Source: Candidatus Poribacteria bacterium (GTDB taxonomy: Bacteria; Poribacteria; WGA-4E; WGA-3G). From it: DNA of 64,000 bases. Each line of letters opens with the position of its first letter. The stretch's first letter is position 1. The position numbers and the translations under genes are program-made. This document shows, piece after piece, positions 1-8,280 of this stretch. Below the pieces are notes generated by a model, which saw nothing but the letters and a program-made list of their open reading frames with translations, did not search any database and was not told where the DNA came from. Where the stretch lies: NCBI GenBank assembly GCA_965208735.1, contig CBDBPM010000002.1, forward strand, positions 2,985,961 to 3,049,960, given 5' to 3'.

Positions 1-426
1 ATGGAGTCGGGATGCGGCTTCTTGGACCTCGTTCATTGCGCGTTGAAGGTTACCCCCGGCAAATACTACGCCGCGTTCGGCGCACGCATCGACCATTGCA
101 TCGGCATCTTGGAGCCGCGCAGCAATCGGTTTCTCCGTAGAGATCCCTTTGACACCGGCTTCGGCACATGCAATCACAGCATCTTTCATATACTGGGTTG
201 GCGTGACAACAACAGCGATGTCTGGCACGGTGTCGCGCAATAGTGCCTCTACATCTGCGTAGAGCGTGTTAACACCGAAGCGCGCACCGAGAACATCTCG
301 CCGTTGCGCGTTGGAATCAACGATCGCGACAATCTCTGTGTCCGGGTAGGTGGTGTATGCCTCAGCATAGTTCTGTCCCATCCGTCCACAACCGATAATA
401 GCTACCCGATATTTGGTGTCACTCAT
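1..426 (-). CDS. Gfo/Idh/MocA family oxidoreductase, N-terminal NAD(P)-binding part; the gene runs off the window start, so it is partial
   Basis: Minus-strand frame reads MSDTKYRVAIIGCGRMGQNYAEAYTTYPDTEIVAIVDSNAQRRD...VTPTQYMKDAVIACAEAGVKGISTEKP, a typical Gfo/Idh/MocA Rossmann N-terminus. ATG at 426..424 has a GGAG SD upstream. There is no stop before position 1, which is why the ORF track omits it. Confidence 0.65.
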   Translation of the reverse strand, partial: MSDTKYRVAIIGCGRMGQNYAEAYTTYPDTEIVAIVDSNAQRRDVLGARFGVNTLYADVEALLRDTVPDIAVVVTPTQYMKDAVIACAEAGVKGISTEKPIAARLQDADAMVDACAERGVVFAGGNLQRAMNEVQEAASRLH

Positions 427-597
427 TTTCAGACTCCCCGATTTTGTATGTTAGCAAGGTGACAAAAGTGTGTCAAGAAAAAAGTAGCGTTCTTAGGAAG
501 CGCGATTGCAGGGTCATTCAATTGTCCGTTTTTAGCATTGTCCTTTTCGCAGGCGTTAACACTTAATATATGTTATGCTTTAAAACAAACCACTGAA

Positions 598-627
598 ATT
601 TTCGCAGCATTTCGCAGCATTTCGCAG
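598..627. repeat. Three perfect tandem copies of the 10-bp unit ATTTCGCAGC in the glnD upstream region
   Basis: Read directly from the sequence: atttcgcagc atttcgcagc atttcgcagc. Confidence 0.85.
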
Positions 628-820
628 CGGATCCTGGAAAAAAAGACCTAAAATCCAATAATTTCTTAAAATTGAATCGCCTTGAGCGCGATTGAAACAA
701 CAGTTGTTTTTTTTCCGTATTTGATGTATAATGCGTTTAAATCAAACCTTTAGTCATTTCATCTTTCGGAGGGAGCTACGCGACAATTGGACTGCGCTAA
801 TATATTAGGGGTGAAGGAAA

Positions 821-3538
821 ATGGATAACACACAGATCGGAAAACGACTCAATACATACGTGCCTGACTTAGATGTACCTTTTGAAGAGTTGCAAAAACA
901 ACTTGCTGCTTTCATCCAATCCGAGCGCGAGCAGCTAAAAGCCCGTATCTTAGAGGGCGAAAGTGGTTTTAGTGCTTGTGGCATACATACACAGATGTGG
1001 GATGTCGTGATTCAGAAAGTTTATGAGGTCGCTGCCTTCCAGATTCAGGACGAATACCAGAAGCAGATTGACGTGCTGAAGGAACTTCCAGACATTAACA
1101 CCGCCGACTTAGAAGCGGAATTTGAAGGATGGAAGCCGGATGTCGCACTCTATGGGGTTGGCAGTTACGGCAGAAATGAACTCTGCTATTTTTCGGATGT
1201 GGACGTTGTCTATACCTCCTCTGTGGATTTAGAGGATATTTACGATGAGAGCACGCTTGAACTGATCCGATGGTTCTATGATTTTTTTGACAGCCTCCAC
1301 TCCGTGATTCCGGGGTTTGAGTTCAGCTTTATCTATCGGCCGCTGGCGGATATAGCACAGTGGAATTACCAAGATATGACCGCACTGATTGATATGCGAT
1401 TTATTGCAGGTGACGCAACGCTGACGGAACGTTTCCGAAAAGCCGTACACTCTGAAAAATCGGATATCTCGCTTGTGTTGGATCTACTGAAATCCAAAGC
1501 AGATGCTTTCAAGGCTTCTGAGGATACCATCTATCTCAACCAACCGAATGTAAAAACAGGCAGAGGTGGACTCCGGACGCTTCAGTATGCACTCTGGATA
1601 TGTGGACTTCCAGATTTTATATCAATACCTGAACTCTACGAACGCTACGACGATGCGCAGCTCATACCGTCCCTTGATTTCATGTTTAAGGTGCGTAACC
1701 TGCTCCATGTGCTTGCCGATGCACCACATGATGATCTTAGCTATCACCCTGAGAAGGCAGATATGCTGCAGGCACAGATCGCTCGCGTCCTTGGATTAAC
1801 AGATGAAACCGACGAAGGGCGTTACGCGTTCATGGCGGAATATTACGCGAAGGCAAAATATCTGCATTTCAAAGCAGAGTTGTTGATCCGGAAGATGTTA
1901 GCAAACGGGATTCCTATCTCGGATGTGCTTGCGGTCAGGACGGACGTGCTCTATTGCATGGATAATAATTTCGGTGAGTTGGATGCAGGCGAACTCTTTA
2001 CACTGTTTACCTATTTCCAACAATACGATTTTGAAATCGATGCATCGCTTTCCACATTCATCTCCCGCTACGTTCACGCCTTTGATTGGCGTTCTTTCCA
2101 GAAACGCATGGCAGAGTTGATGAATATACCCGGTGATGTTGCGAAGACGCTCACACGGTTGCATAGACTCAATATCCTATCGCATCTCGGAGACGGAGGT
2201 GCACTTTTTGAAAAGGCGATGATGACACGGAGCGAACGGAGCCTTGATCCGTATACGGTTGGAAAACATACGCTCGTTGCGATTGGTCACCTTGATGAAA
2301 TCCGTCAAACAGAGTCGAGTAGTCCGTTTGGCGGGGCAGGTGGTTTTGGTGCGCCGGTGTCGCCGTCCCCGACTTCCGAATTGGAGGAACTCAACACCGC
2401 ATTTCGCGCGCTTTCGGATCCAGGTACACTCTATATGGCACTCTTCCTTCACGATATAGATAAGCCAGATCCGACCCATCCGATGACCGGTGCCGAAAAA
2501 GCGGAACGCATCGCACCCGAATTTGGGTTTAATTCACAACAGACAGATGATATCTGCTTTCTGATTCGGGAACACCTATCAATGATAGATTTGGCACGTT
2601 ATCACCATTGGGATGAAAGCACGATCGCCGAATTCTGTAAGAAGGTTAACTCGTTAGAGCGTTTAACTGCACTGTATCTGCTCACCTATTGCGACTCCAA
2701 AGCCAACGGTTCACAGAACTTCAGCCACGTCGTTAAGCATAACCTGAAGAGTTTGTACGAGGTGGCGCGCACCCGTTTCGTCGGTCAAGAGGAGACGCAG
2801 TGGGGTGCCTTTGCCCCCGTTGAAGAATTTCAGCAATTCCTTCACCACATGCCGGTCTCCTACCGTATTAGCGTTTCGCCTGAGGAGATCGCCATGCATA
2901 TAAAGATGACGACACAAGCAGAAGCAGCATCTACGGAAACAGATGCGACACCGAGTGCAGGGATCGTCCAATTTGTTGACCGTCCCGGATTTACCGAACT
3001 CCATCTCTGCAGTCCGAGCCGACTCGGAAAGTTGCACAGGGTGAGCGGTCTCTTTTACGCGAACGGCATAGATGTCCGGGATGCGCGCGTCTATACGAAA
3101 CAGGATACGAATATTGAGCTTGAAATCTATCGACTTGTCCATCAACCGCCCCATCACCGCGGAGAACCGATGCCACTTGACGAGGATCTCAAACGGGACC
3201 TCGATTTTGACATCCGTGGACTCTTAGCGGAGGAGGTTACACTCAACCAGATTTTTGAGAGGCACTATGTGAATCTGAATGAGACGTGGCAGGTTGATGA
3301 TGTCACTGTTGAGGCGGCACGAAGTTACTCAGAGATTGTCGTTGTCGGCGAAGAAAAAATGGGGTTTCTCCACTATTTCAGCGGTATCTTGGCGAAACTC
3401 GGATTGAACGTCGAAATGTGTAAGTGTTCGGGATTAGGTGGACAGGCGATTGATAGGTTCTATGTCCAACCGGTGGCTGATCCGAAAGCGGTACACGCTG
3501 ATATTATGGCGGCGTTGGATGCTGAAAATGGGCAATAG
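821..3538 (+). CDS. glnD: [Protein-PII] uridylyltransferase / uridylyl-removing enzyme (GlnD-like): NTase, HD and C-terminal ACT-like regions
   Basis: 905 aa. Nucleotidyltransferase motif GVGSYGRNELCYFSDVDVVY, HD motif LFLHDIDKPD, and a C-terminal region of about 180 aa consistent with two ACT domains. Length matches GlnD. Confidence 0.7.
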   Translation: MDNTQIGKRLNTYVPDLDVPFEELQKQLAAFIQSEREQLKARILEGESGFSACGIHTQMWDVVIQKVYEVAAFQIQDEYQKQIDVLKELPDINTADLEAEFEGWKPDVALYGVGSYGRNELCYFSDVDVVYTSSVDLEDIYDESTLELIRWFYDFFDSLHSVIPGFEFSFIYRPLADIAQWNYQDMTALIDMRFIAGDATLTERFRKAVHSEKSDISLVLDLLKSKADAFKASEDTIYLNQPNVKTGRGGLRTLQYALWICGLPDFISIPELYERYDDAQLIPSLDFMFKVRNLLHVLADAPHDDLSYHPEKADMLQAQIARVLGLTDETDEGRYAFMAEYYAKAKYLHFKAELLIRKMLANGIPISDVLAVRTDVLYCMDNNFGELDAGELFTLFTYFQQYDFEIDASLSTFISRYVHAFDWRSFQKRMAELMNIPGDVAKTLTRLHRLNILSHLGDGGALFEKAMMTRSERSLDPYTVGKHTLVAIGHLDEIRQTESSSPFGGAGGFGAPVSPSPTSELEELNTAFRALSDPGTLYMALFLHDIDKPDPTHPMTGAEKAERIAPEFGFNSQQTDDICFLIREHLSMIDLARYHHWDESTIAEFCKKVNSLERLTALYLLTYCDSKANGSQNFSHVVKHNLKSLYEVARTRFVGQEETQWGAFAPVEEFQQFLHHMPVSYRISVSPEEIAMHIKMTTQAEAASTETDATPSAGIVQFVDRPGFTELHLCSPSRLGKLHRVSGLFYANGIDVRDARVYTKQDTNIELEIYRLVHQPPHHRGEPMPLDEDLKRDLDFDIRGLLAEEVTLNQIFERHYVNLNETWQVDDVTVEAARSYSEIVVVGEEKMGFLHYFSGILAKLGLNVEMCKCSGLGGQAIDRFYVQPVADPKAVHADIMAALDAENGQ

Positions 3539-3546
3539 TCCTATGA

Positions 3547-3668
3547 TAGGACTTACGCAATTTTGACTGCAGCCCGTTCTGTTAGATGAGAATTTTCGGA
3601 AAACACAGCGTTCTGGTAGCACAAACTGGGAAGTTTGTGCTACAAAAGAGCAGCATGCGTAAGCCCTA
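3547..3668. mobile_element. MITE-like 122-bp element bounded by inverted copies of the IS terminal repeat TAGGACTTACGCAA
   Basis: 3547-3560 taggacttacgcaa matches the IRL of the IS at 59762. 3655-3668 atgcgtaagcccta matches the inverted IR at 62651 in 13 of 14 positions. The interior holds a perfect 12-bp-stem hairpin at 3616-3643. Confidence 0.5.
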
Positions 3669-3685
3669 TATGTCTACTTCATCTG

Positions 3686-3712
3686 GTAGGCGCGGTTTGG
3701 AACCGCGCCTAC
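3686..3712. repeat. GGTAG-hairpin family member (gtaggcgcggtt-tgg-aaccgcgcctac), 12-bp stem
   Basis: Perfect palindrome read in sequence. Related copies at 18058, 35836, 51216, 51398, 51442, 58121, 58182 and 62490. Confidence 0.7.
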
Positions 3713-3778
3713 GGAAACAGAATATTGCTCCACAATTTCAGATATGACGAAACAACAGTCTCGGTTTGAAGGAGAAAG

Positions 3779-4528
3779 ATGAAACAACGCGTACTCATTA
3801 CAGGTGCGGCTGGCACGGTCGGCACCGCGCTCTGGAAGGCGTGGGAAGAACAGGATACTTACACATTAACGTTGATGGATATCAATCCGATTGTGGACGC
3901 GAATTCGCGCGTGGTGATTGCTGATATTCGCGACTCTGCCGCGATGCAGACGTTGTGCCGCGAGCAAGATGTGTTGGTACATCTGGCATACATCCGCCAA
4001 GATTCGCTTGGGAAGGTGCCCGGCGAAGTCAGCGATATCGGTGCATCTATGAATCTGTTTGAAGCAGCACGAGAAGGTGGCGTTAAAAAGATTGTATACG
4101 CCAGCACGAATCACGTCTCGGGTTGGAATGAGCGATTGAACTCGCCACCCCGATTCTCGACAGGTGACCAGTTTCGTCCAGACGGTTGGTACGGTGCAAT
4201 GAAAGGCATGGCAGAGATTGCTGGACGGTATCTCGTGGATGCCCACGATATGCGGTTCATCAGTATCCGTATCGGGAGTTTCAACGGGACGGACGAACCG
4301 AGTGGGATTCGCCACTGTAGCATACTCCTAACCCCGCGAGATTGCGTCCAACTCTTCGGCTTGGCTGTTGATTACGATGGACCCGTTAAATATCTGATTA
4401 CGTACGGACGTTCTGCAAACTCTGACGGGTATCAGCAGAGCTATCTTGATATAAGCGGTGCTGTTGAGGTGTTAGGGTATCAACCGCAGGACAATTTGGT
4501 TAAAACGCATCTCCACCTTTTTTTATAA
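3779..4528 (+). CDS. NAD-dependent epimerase/dehydratase family protein (SDR Rossmann fold)
   Basis: N-terminal MKQRVLITGAAGTVGTAL glycine-rich NAD-binding motif, plus a conserved YxxxK-like region (WYGAMKG). 249 aa. Confidence 0.65.
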   Translation: MKQRVLITGAAGTVGTALWKAWEEQDTYTLTLMDINPIVDANSRVVIADIRDSAAMQTLCREQDVLVHLAYIRQDSLGKVPGEVSDIGASMNLFEAAREGGVKKIVYASTNHVSGWNERLNSPPRFSTGDQFRPDGWYGAMKGMAEIAGRYLVDAHDMRFISIRIGSFNGTDEPSGIRHCSILLTPRDCVQLFGLAVDYDGPVKYLITYGRSANSDGYQQSYLDISGAVEVLGYQPQDNLVKTHLHLFL

Positions 4529-4740
4529 TACCTTGCGGTTCGATCAAGGGGTTTGATGCGTTGGTGTCTTATTCCGTATATCCGTTCTCCATTACATTAC
4601 GAACTATGTTTTTCGTACTAAGAAGAAACTGATTTTTAATATACCTTGCGGTTCGGTCAAACGGGTTTGATGCGTTGGTGTCTTATTCCGTATATCCGTT
4701 CTCCATTACATTACGAACTATGTTTTTGTTTTTTTAAATA
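4528..4740 (+). repeat. Tandem direct duplication of about 113 bp (two copies), each starting ATACCTTGCGGTTCG and preceded by a TATAAT-like box
   Basis: Copy 1 is 4528-4640 and copy 2 is 4641-about 4740. They are near-identical over more than 95 bp, including cgttggtgtcttattccgtatatccgttctccattacattacgaactatgttttt. Confidence 0.85.
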
Positions 4741-4753
4741 CCTAAAAAGAAAA

Positions 4754-5452
4754 ATGCGCGAAAATCCGAACTACACTGACCTCTACTATCAAAATACAAC
4801 TTCCCATTCCCAGATCATTGACATTATCACAGAACACGCTGTTTCACTCAGCGAAGTGGCTGTGCCGATTGATTGGGAAGCACTTTTCGGGAATACGCAT
4901 CCGGTGGAAATAGAAATTGGGTTCGGCAAGGGACGTTTCCTGCTTGAAGCGTCGAAACGGCATCCGAAAGTTAACTATATCGGCGTAGAGCGGGCACAGA
5001 AGTACGTTGAATTAACACGGGAGCGGTTTGAAAAGTACATGCGGCATTTTGGTGTCGATAGAGCGTCTGGGACGTTTTCTAACGTGCGGCTCGCGTGGAC
5101 GGATGCCAACTACTTTTTGACCCGATATGTCGCTACAGCATCTGTGCAGGCGTATCATATCTATTTCCCAGACCCGTGGCCCAGAAAGCGGCAGCAAAAA
5201 CGGCGGATTTTTCGGAATCAAGACTTTTTGGAAGCCTTGACGCGGACACTCACCTCAGAGGAGGGTCGGTTGTATATTGTGACAGATTATGAGTCATATT
5301 TCCAAGAGATTCAAGAACGATTTGCGGATTTGTCGGGACTTGATCCTATTGACGCGGATCTCAAACCCGATCGCGATATTGCCACGAACTTTGAAGCGAA
5401 GTATATCTTAGAGGGTAGACCTATCTATCGAATGGTGTATGAGAGAACCTAA
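4754..5452 (+). CDS. trmB: tRNA (guanine46-N7)-methyltransferase TrmB
   Basis: SAM-dependent methyltransferase core (EIGFGKGRFLLEASKRHPKVNYIGVE) and the characteristic YFPDPWPKKR-like motif (IYFPDPWPRKRQQKRR). Start moved to the ATG at 4754; the track ORF start at 4646 lies inside the tandem repeat. Confidence 0.75.
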   Translation: MRENPNYTDLYYQNTTSHSQIIDIITEHAVSLSEVAVPIDWEALFGNTHPVEIEIGFGKGRFLLEASKRHPKVNYIGVERAQKYVELTRERFEKYMRHFGVDRASGTFSNVRLAWTDANYFLTRYVATASVQAYHIYFPDPWPRKRQQKRRIFRNQDFLEALTRTLTSEEGRLYIVTDYESYFQEIQERFADLSGLDPIDADLKPDRDIATNFEAKYILEGRPIYRMVYERT

Positions 5453-5570
5453 CCCACTTTCTTGTAGGAGCGAGTTTTGCTCGCGAGGGTTGATTTATGC
5501 GAAAGTTCAGTTCTCTCAGGCGTAGACATAACCACGGGAACGTTTCACAAACCGGCACAGGAGCATAAAG

Positions 5571-7409
5571 ATGAACACAGAACAACAGGAAAAGGCGACC
5601 CCAGAATTGTGGCAATCGCTTCCGAATGTGCCGGGCGTTTATCTGATGAAAGCCTCCGATGGCACTGTCATCTATGTCGGGAAAGCGATCCGTCTGCGGA
5701 CACGGGTGCGCTCCTATTTCCGTGAGAAGTCTACATCTGGCTTGACATCGCAGATGATGCGGTATGTTACAGAGATTGATTACATTGTCACAGAGACGGA
5801 AGTAGAGGCGTTAATTCTGGAGAATAACCTGATTAAGGCGCATCAGCCCCGCTACAACGTGAAACTGAAAGACGATAAACGCTATCCCTATCTACGCGTA
5901 ACCACGAATGAACCCTTTCCGCGTATCCATATTACGCGGAAAGCCGAGAACGACGGCACACGATATTTCGGTCCCTTTGTTCACGTCCGTTCAACACGGC
6001 AGGTCGTTAAACAGTTAACGAAGTTCTTTCCTATTCGTACCTGTACCCTACCCCTCACGGAGACAGAAAATAAGTACCGGGTCTGTTTGGATTATCATAT
6101 TGGTCGGTGTCCGGGTCCGTGTGCAGATAAGATGAGTGTTGCAGATTACGACGAGATCGTTCAGAAGGTATGTCAGTTCTTGAGTGGGAACACAGATGCT
6201 GTTGTGAAAGAATTGACGGAGCAGATGGAAGCCGCAGCGGAGGCACTCGATTTTGAGACCGCCGCGAAGCATCGCGACACACTTAAAGACGTTCAGCAGG
6301 CGATTACAACACAGAATATGGATAGTGTCTCCGCGGCAGACGAAGATGTCATCGGCATTGCGGCGCGGACTGACATTGCGTGCGTGCAGCTGCTGCGGGT
6401 CCGGGATGGCAAGCTGCTTGAACGTGAGCACTATTACCTTAACGATGCAGATCCAGAGTCGCTCGCGACAGCATTAAGTGCGTTCATTTCGCAGTATTAT
6501 CAAAACGCTGTCTTCGTGCCAAAAACGGTTGTCTTGCCGATGCCGATTGCGTCCCTGGAACTGATCGCAAATTGGCTGAGCGAGAAGCGCGGGAGTCGTG
6601 TCGGAATACATGTGCCAAGAGCGGGGAGGCTCAGGAAGTTACAAACTTTGGCATCGAAAAACGCCGAGATTTTGCTGACGCAGCGGGAACAGAACGTGGT
6701 TTATAGCAGTGGCGTGGAACCCGCACTCGTTGAACTCCAGGAACTGCTTGAATTAAAACACCCGCTCAGACGGATTGAGGCGTACGATATTTCCAATCTC
6801 GGTGATCGGTTCGCCGTTGGGTCGATGGTGGTCTTGGAAGACGGGAAACCCGCTTCAAGTGAGTACCGCCGGTTCAAGATCCGATCGGTTGAAGGGCAGA
6901 ACGATTTCGCGATGATGCAAGAGGTGATCACGCGCCGTTTCCGCCGTGCCCTCGCAGACGATAAAAAATTTAATAAACTGCCGGATCTGATGCTGATTGA
7001 CGGTGGCAAAGGTCAACTGAGCACGGCACAGGCAGCTATGAAACCTTTCGCTACATCCCATCTTCCCGATATTCCGATGATTGCGCTGGCAAAGCGGATT
7101 GAGGAGATTTTCGTGCCCGGTAAAACAGAACCGATTGTGTTGCGGGAGGATAACCCGACCTTGCACATGATCCAACGGTTGCGAGATGAAGCGCACCGGT
7201 TCGCGATTACGTATCATCGGCAGCTCCGGCAAAAGTCGCTGAGTGTGTCTGTGCTTGACGAGATTCCGAACGTCGGTCCGAGGCGGAAACAGGCACTGCT
7301 CCAACATTTCGGTTCAATAGAGGCGATCCGGGAGGCGAGTTTAGACGGGTTGCTCTCTGTGAAAGGCATTCCCCGCAGCGTCGCCGAAAATATTCGAAAG
7401 CATCTCTAA
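5571..7409 (+). CDS. uvrC: Excinuclease ABC subunit C
   Basis: N-terminal GIY-YIG (PNVPGVYLMKASDGTVIYVGKA), UvrBC-interaction region, and C-terminal RNaseH-like/HhH region. 612 aa. Confidence 0.9.
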   Translation: MNTEQQEKATPELWQSLPNVPGVYLMKASDGTVIYVGKAIRLRTRVRSYFREKSTSGLTSQMMRYVTEIDYIVTETEVEALILENNLIKAHQPRYNVKLKDDKRYPYLRVTTNEPFPRIHITRKAENDGTRYFGPFVHVRSTRQVVKQLTKFFPIRTCTLPLTETENKYRVCLDYHIGRCPGPCADKMSVADYDEIVQKVCQFLSGNTDAVVKELTEQMEAAAEALDFETAAKHRDTLKDVQQAITTQNMDSVSAADEDVIGIAARTDIACVQLLRVRDGKLLEREHYYLNDADPESLATALSAFISQYYQNAVFVPKTVVLPMPIASLELIANWLSEKRGSRVGIHVPRAGRLRKLQTLASKNAEILLTQREQNVVYSSGVEPALVELQELLELKHPLRRIEAYDISNLGDRFAVGSMVVLEDGKPASSEYRRFKIRSVEGQNDFAMMQEVITRRFRRALADDKKFNKLPDLMLIDGGKGQLSTAQAAMKPFATSHLPDIPMIALAKRIEEIFVPGKTEPIVLREDNPTLHMIQRLRDEAHRFAITYHRQLRQKSLSVSVLDEIPNVGPRRKQALLQHFGSIEAIREASLDGLLSVKGIPRSVAENIRKHL

Positions 7410-7464
7410 ACGTTTTGCACAAATTTGTGCTTTTTTGCTAAAATTCTGCCCGTTATCGTGCAAT

Positions 7465-7595
7465 ATAGTTAATGGTTAATGGTTAATGGTTAATAGTTAT
7501 AAGTTAACATCTTCTTGCAGGCAGTTCTCTTGTGGAGTCCACAGCAGAACACCACAACACAGTAACTTATAACCATCAACTATTAACTATTACTG
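7465..7595. repeat. Heptamer-array inverted-repeat element #1: (GTTAATG)n left arm and (AACTATT)n right arm flanking a core palindrome of about 50 bp
   Basis: Left arm gttaatggttaatggttaatagttataagttaac. Right arm gtaacttataaccatcaactattaactatt. Core contains tgtggagtccaca. Confidence 0.75.
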
Positions 7596-7690
7596 GTTGG
7601 CATACTATTTGCAAAGGGAGATTAACGCTACCTTTGCTTTGATTCAGAAGTTTTTGAGGTTTTGAGAATTCCAGAACAGAGGAGGCAGGC

Positions 7691-8266
7691 ATGTCAACAC
7701 TTGCAGCACAGACATATCTGACACCCGCAGAATACATTGATGTGGAACGCAAGGCAGTTACCAAAAGTGAGTATCTGAGCGGACAGATAATAGCGATGTC
7801 GGGCGCGAGCAACGCCCACAATATCATTACGATGAATACAGCAAATCAGTTGTACAACCAATTGGTGGACCGAGATTGCCTCGTCTATGCCAGCGATATG
7901 CGCGTTCGGGTACATGCACCCGTCTCCTACTTCTATCCGGATATCGCTGTCGTTTGTGGGGAACCACGTTTTGAAGATGACGTTTTTGACACGCTTCTTA
8001 ACCCAACTGTCGTGATAGAAGTCCTGTCGCCTTCGACCGCAGCGTACGACCGGCGTGAGAAATTTACACGGTATCAACAGATTGCATCGCTGAAAGAATA
8101 CATCCTTATTTCGCAAAACCGAATACACCTGGAGCATCATCTCCGACAAGAAAACCAGTGGTCTGCAACCGAATTTCAAAAACTTGAGGATATAGTGTCT
8201 GTCACTTCAATTGAATGTGAGCTCCTTTTGGGGCATGTTTATAGACGCGTCACATTTTCGGACTGA
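7691..8266 (+). CDS. Uma2-family (DUF820) restriction-endonuclease-like protein
   Basis: 191 aa with Uma2 hallmarks: an N-terminal YxxL region, then conserved D...E.LSPS (VVIEVLSPST) and ...EYILI residues. Confidence 0.65.
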   Translation: MSTLAAQTYLTPAEYIDVERKAVTKSEYLSGQIIAMSGASNAHNIITMNTANQLYNQLVDRDCLVYASDMRVRVHAPVSYFYPDIAVVCGEPRFEDDVFDTLLNPTVVIEVLSPSTAAYDRREKFTRYQQIASLKEYILISQNRIHLEHHLRQENQWSATEFQKLEDIVSVTSIECELLLGHVYRRVTFSD

Positions 8267-8280
8267 ACTAAAAACACAAT

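Noticed and set aside
1-243. Track ORF of 80 aa on the + strand at the window start
   Set aside because: It lies antisense to a much longer, motif-bearing Gfo/Idh/MocA oxidoreductase frame on the minus strand, which has an SD and an ATG at 426.
4646-4753. N-terminal 36-codon extension of the trmB ORF in the track
   Set aside because: The extension lies inside copy 2 of the 113-bp tandem repeat and has no SD. The ATG at 4754 gives a TrmB of canonical length.
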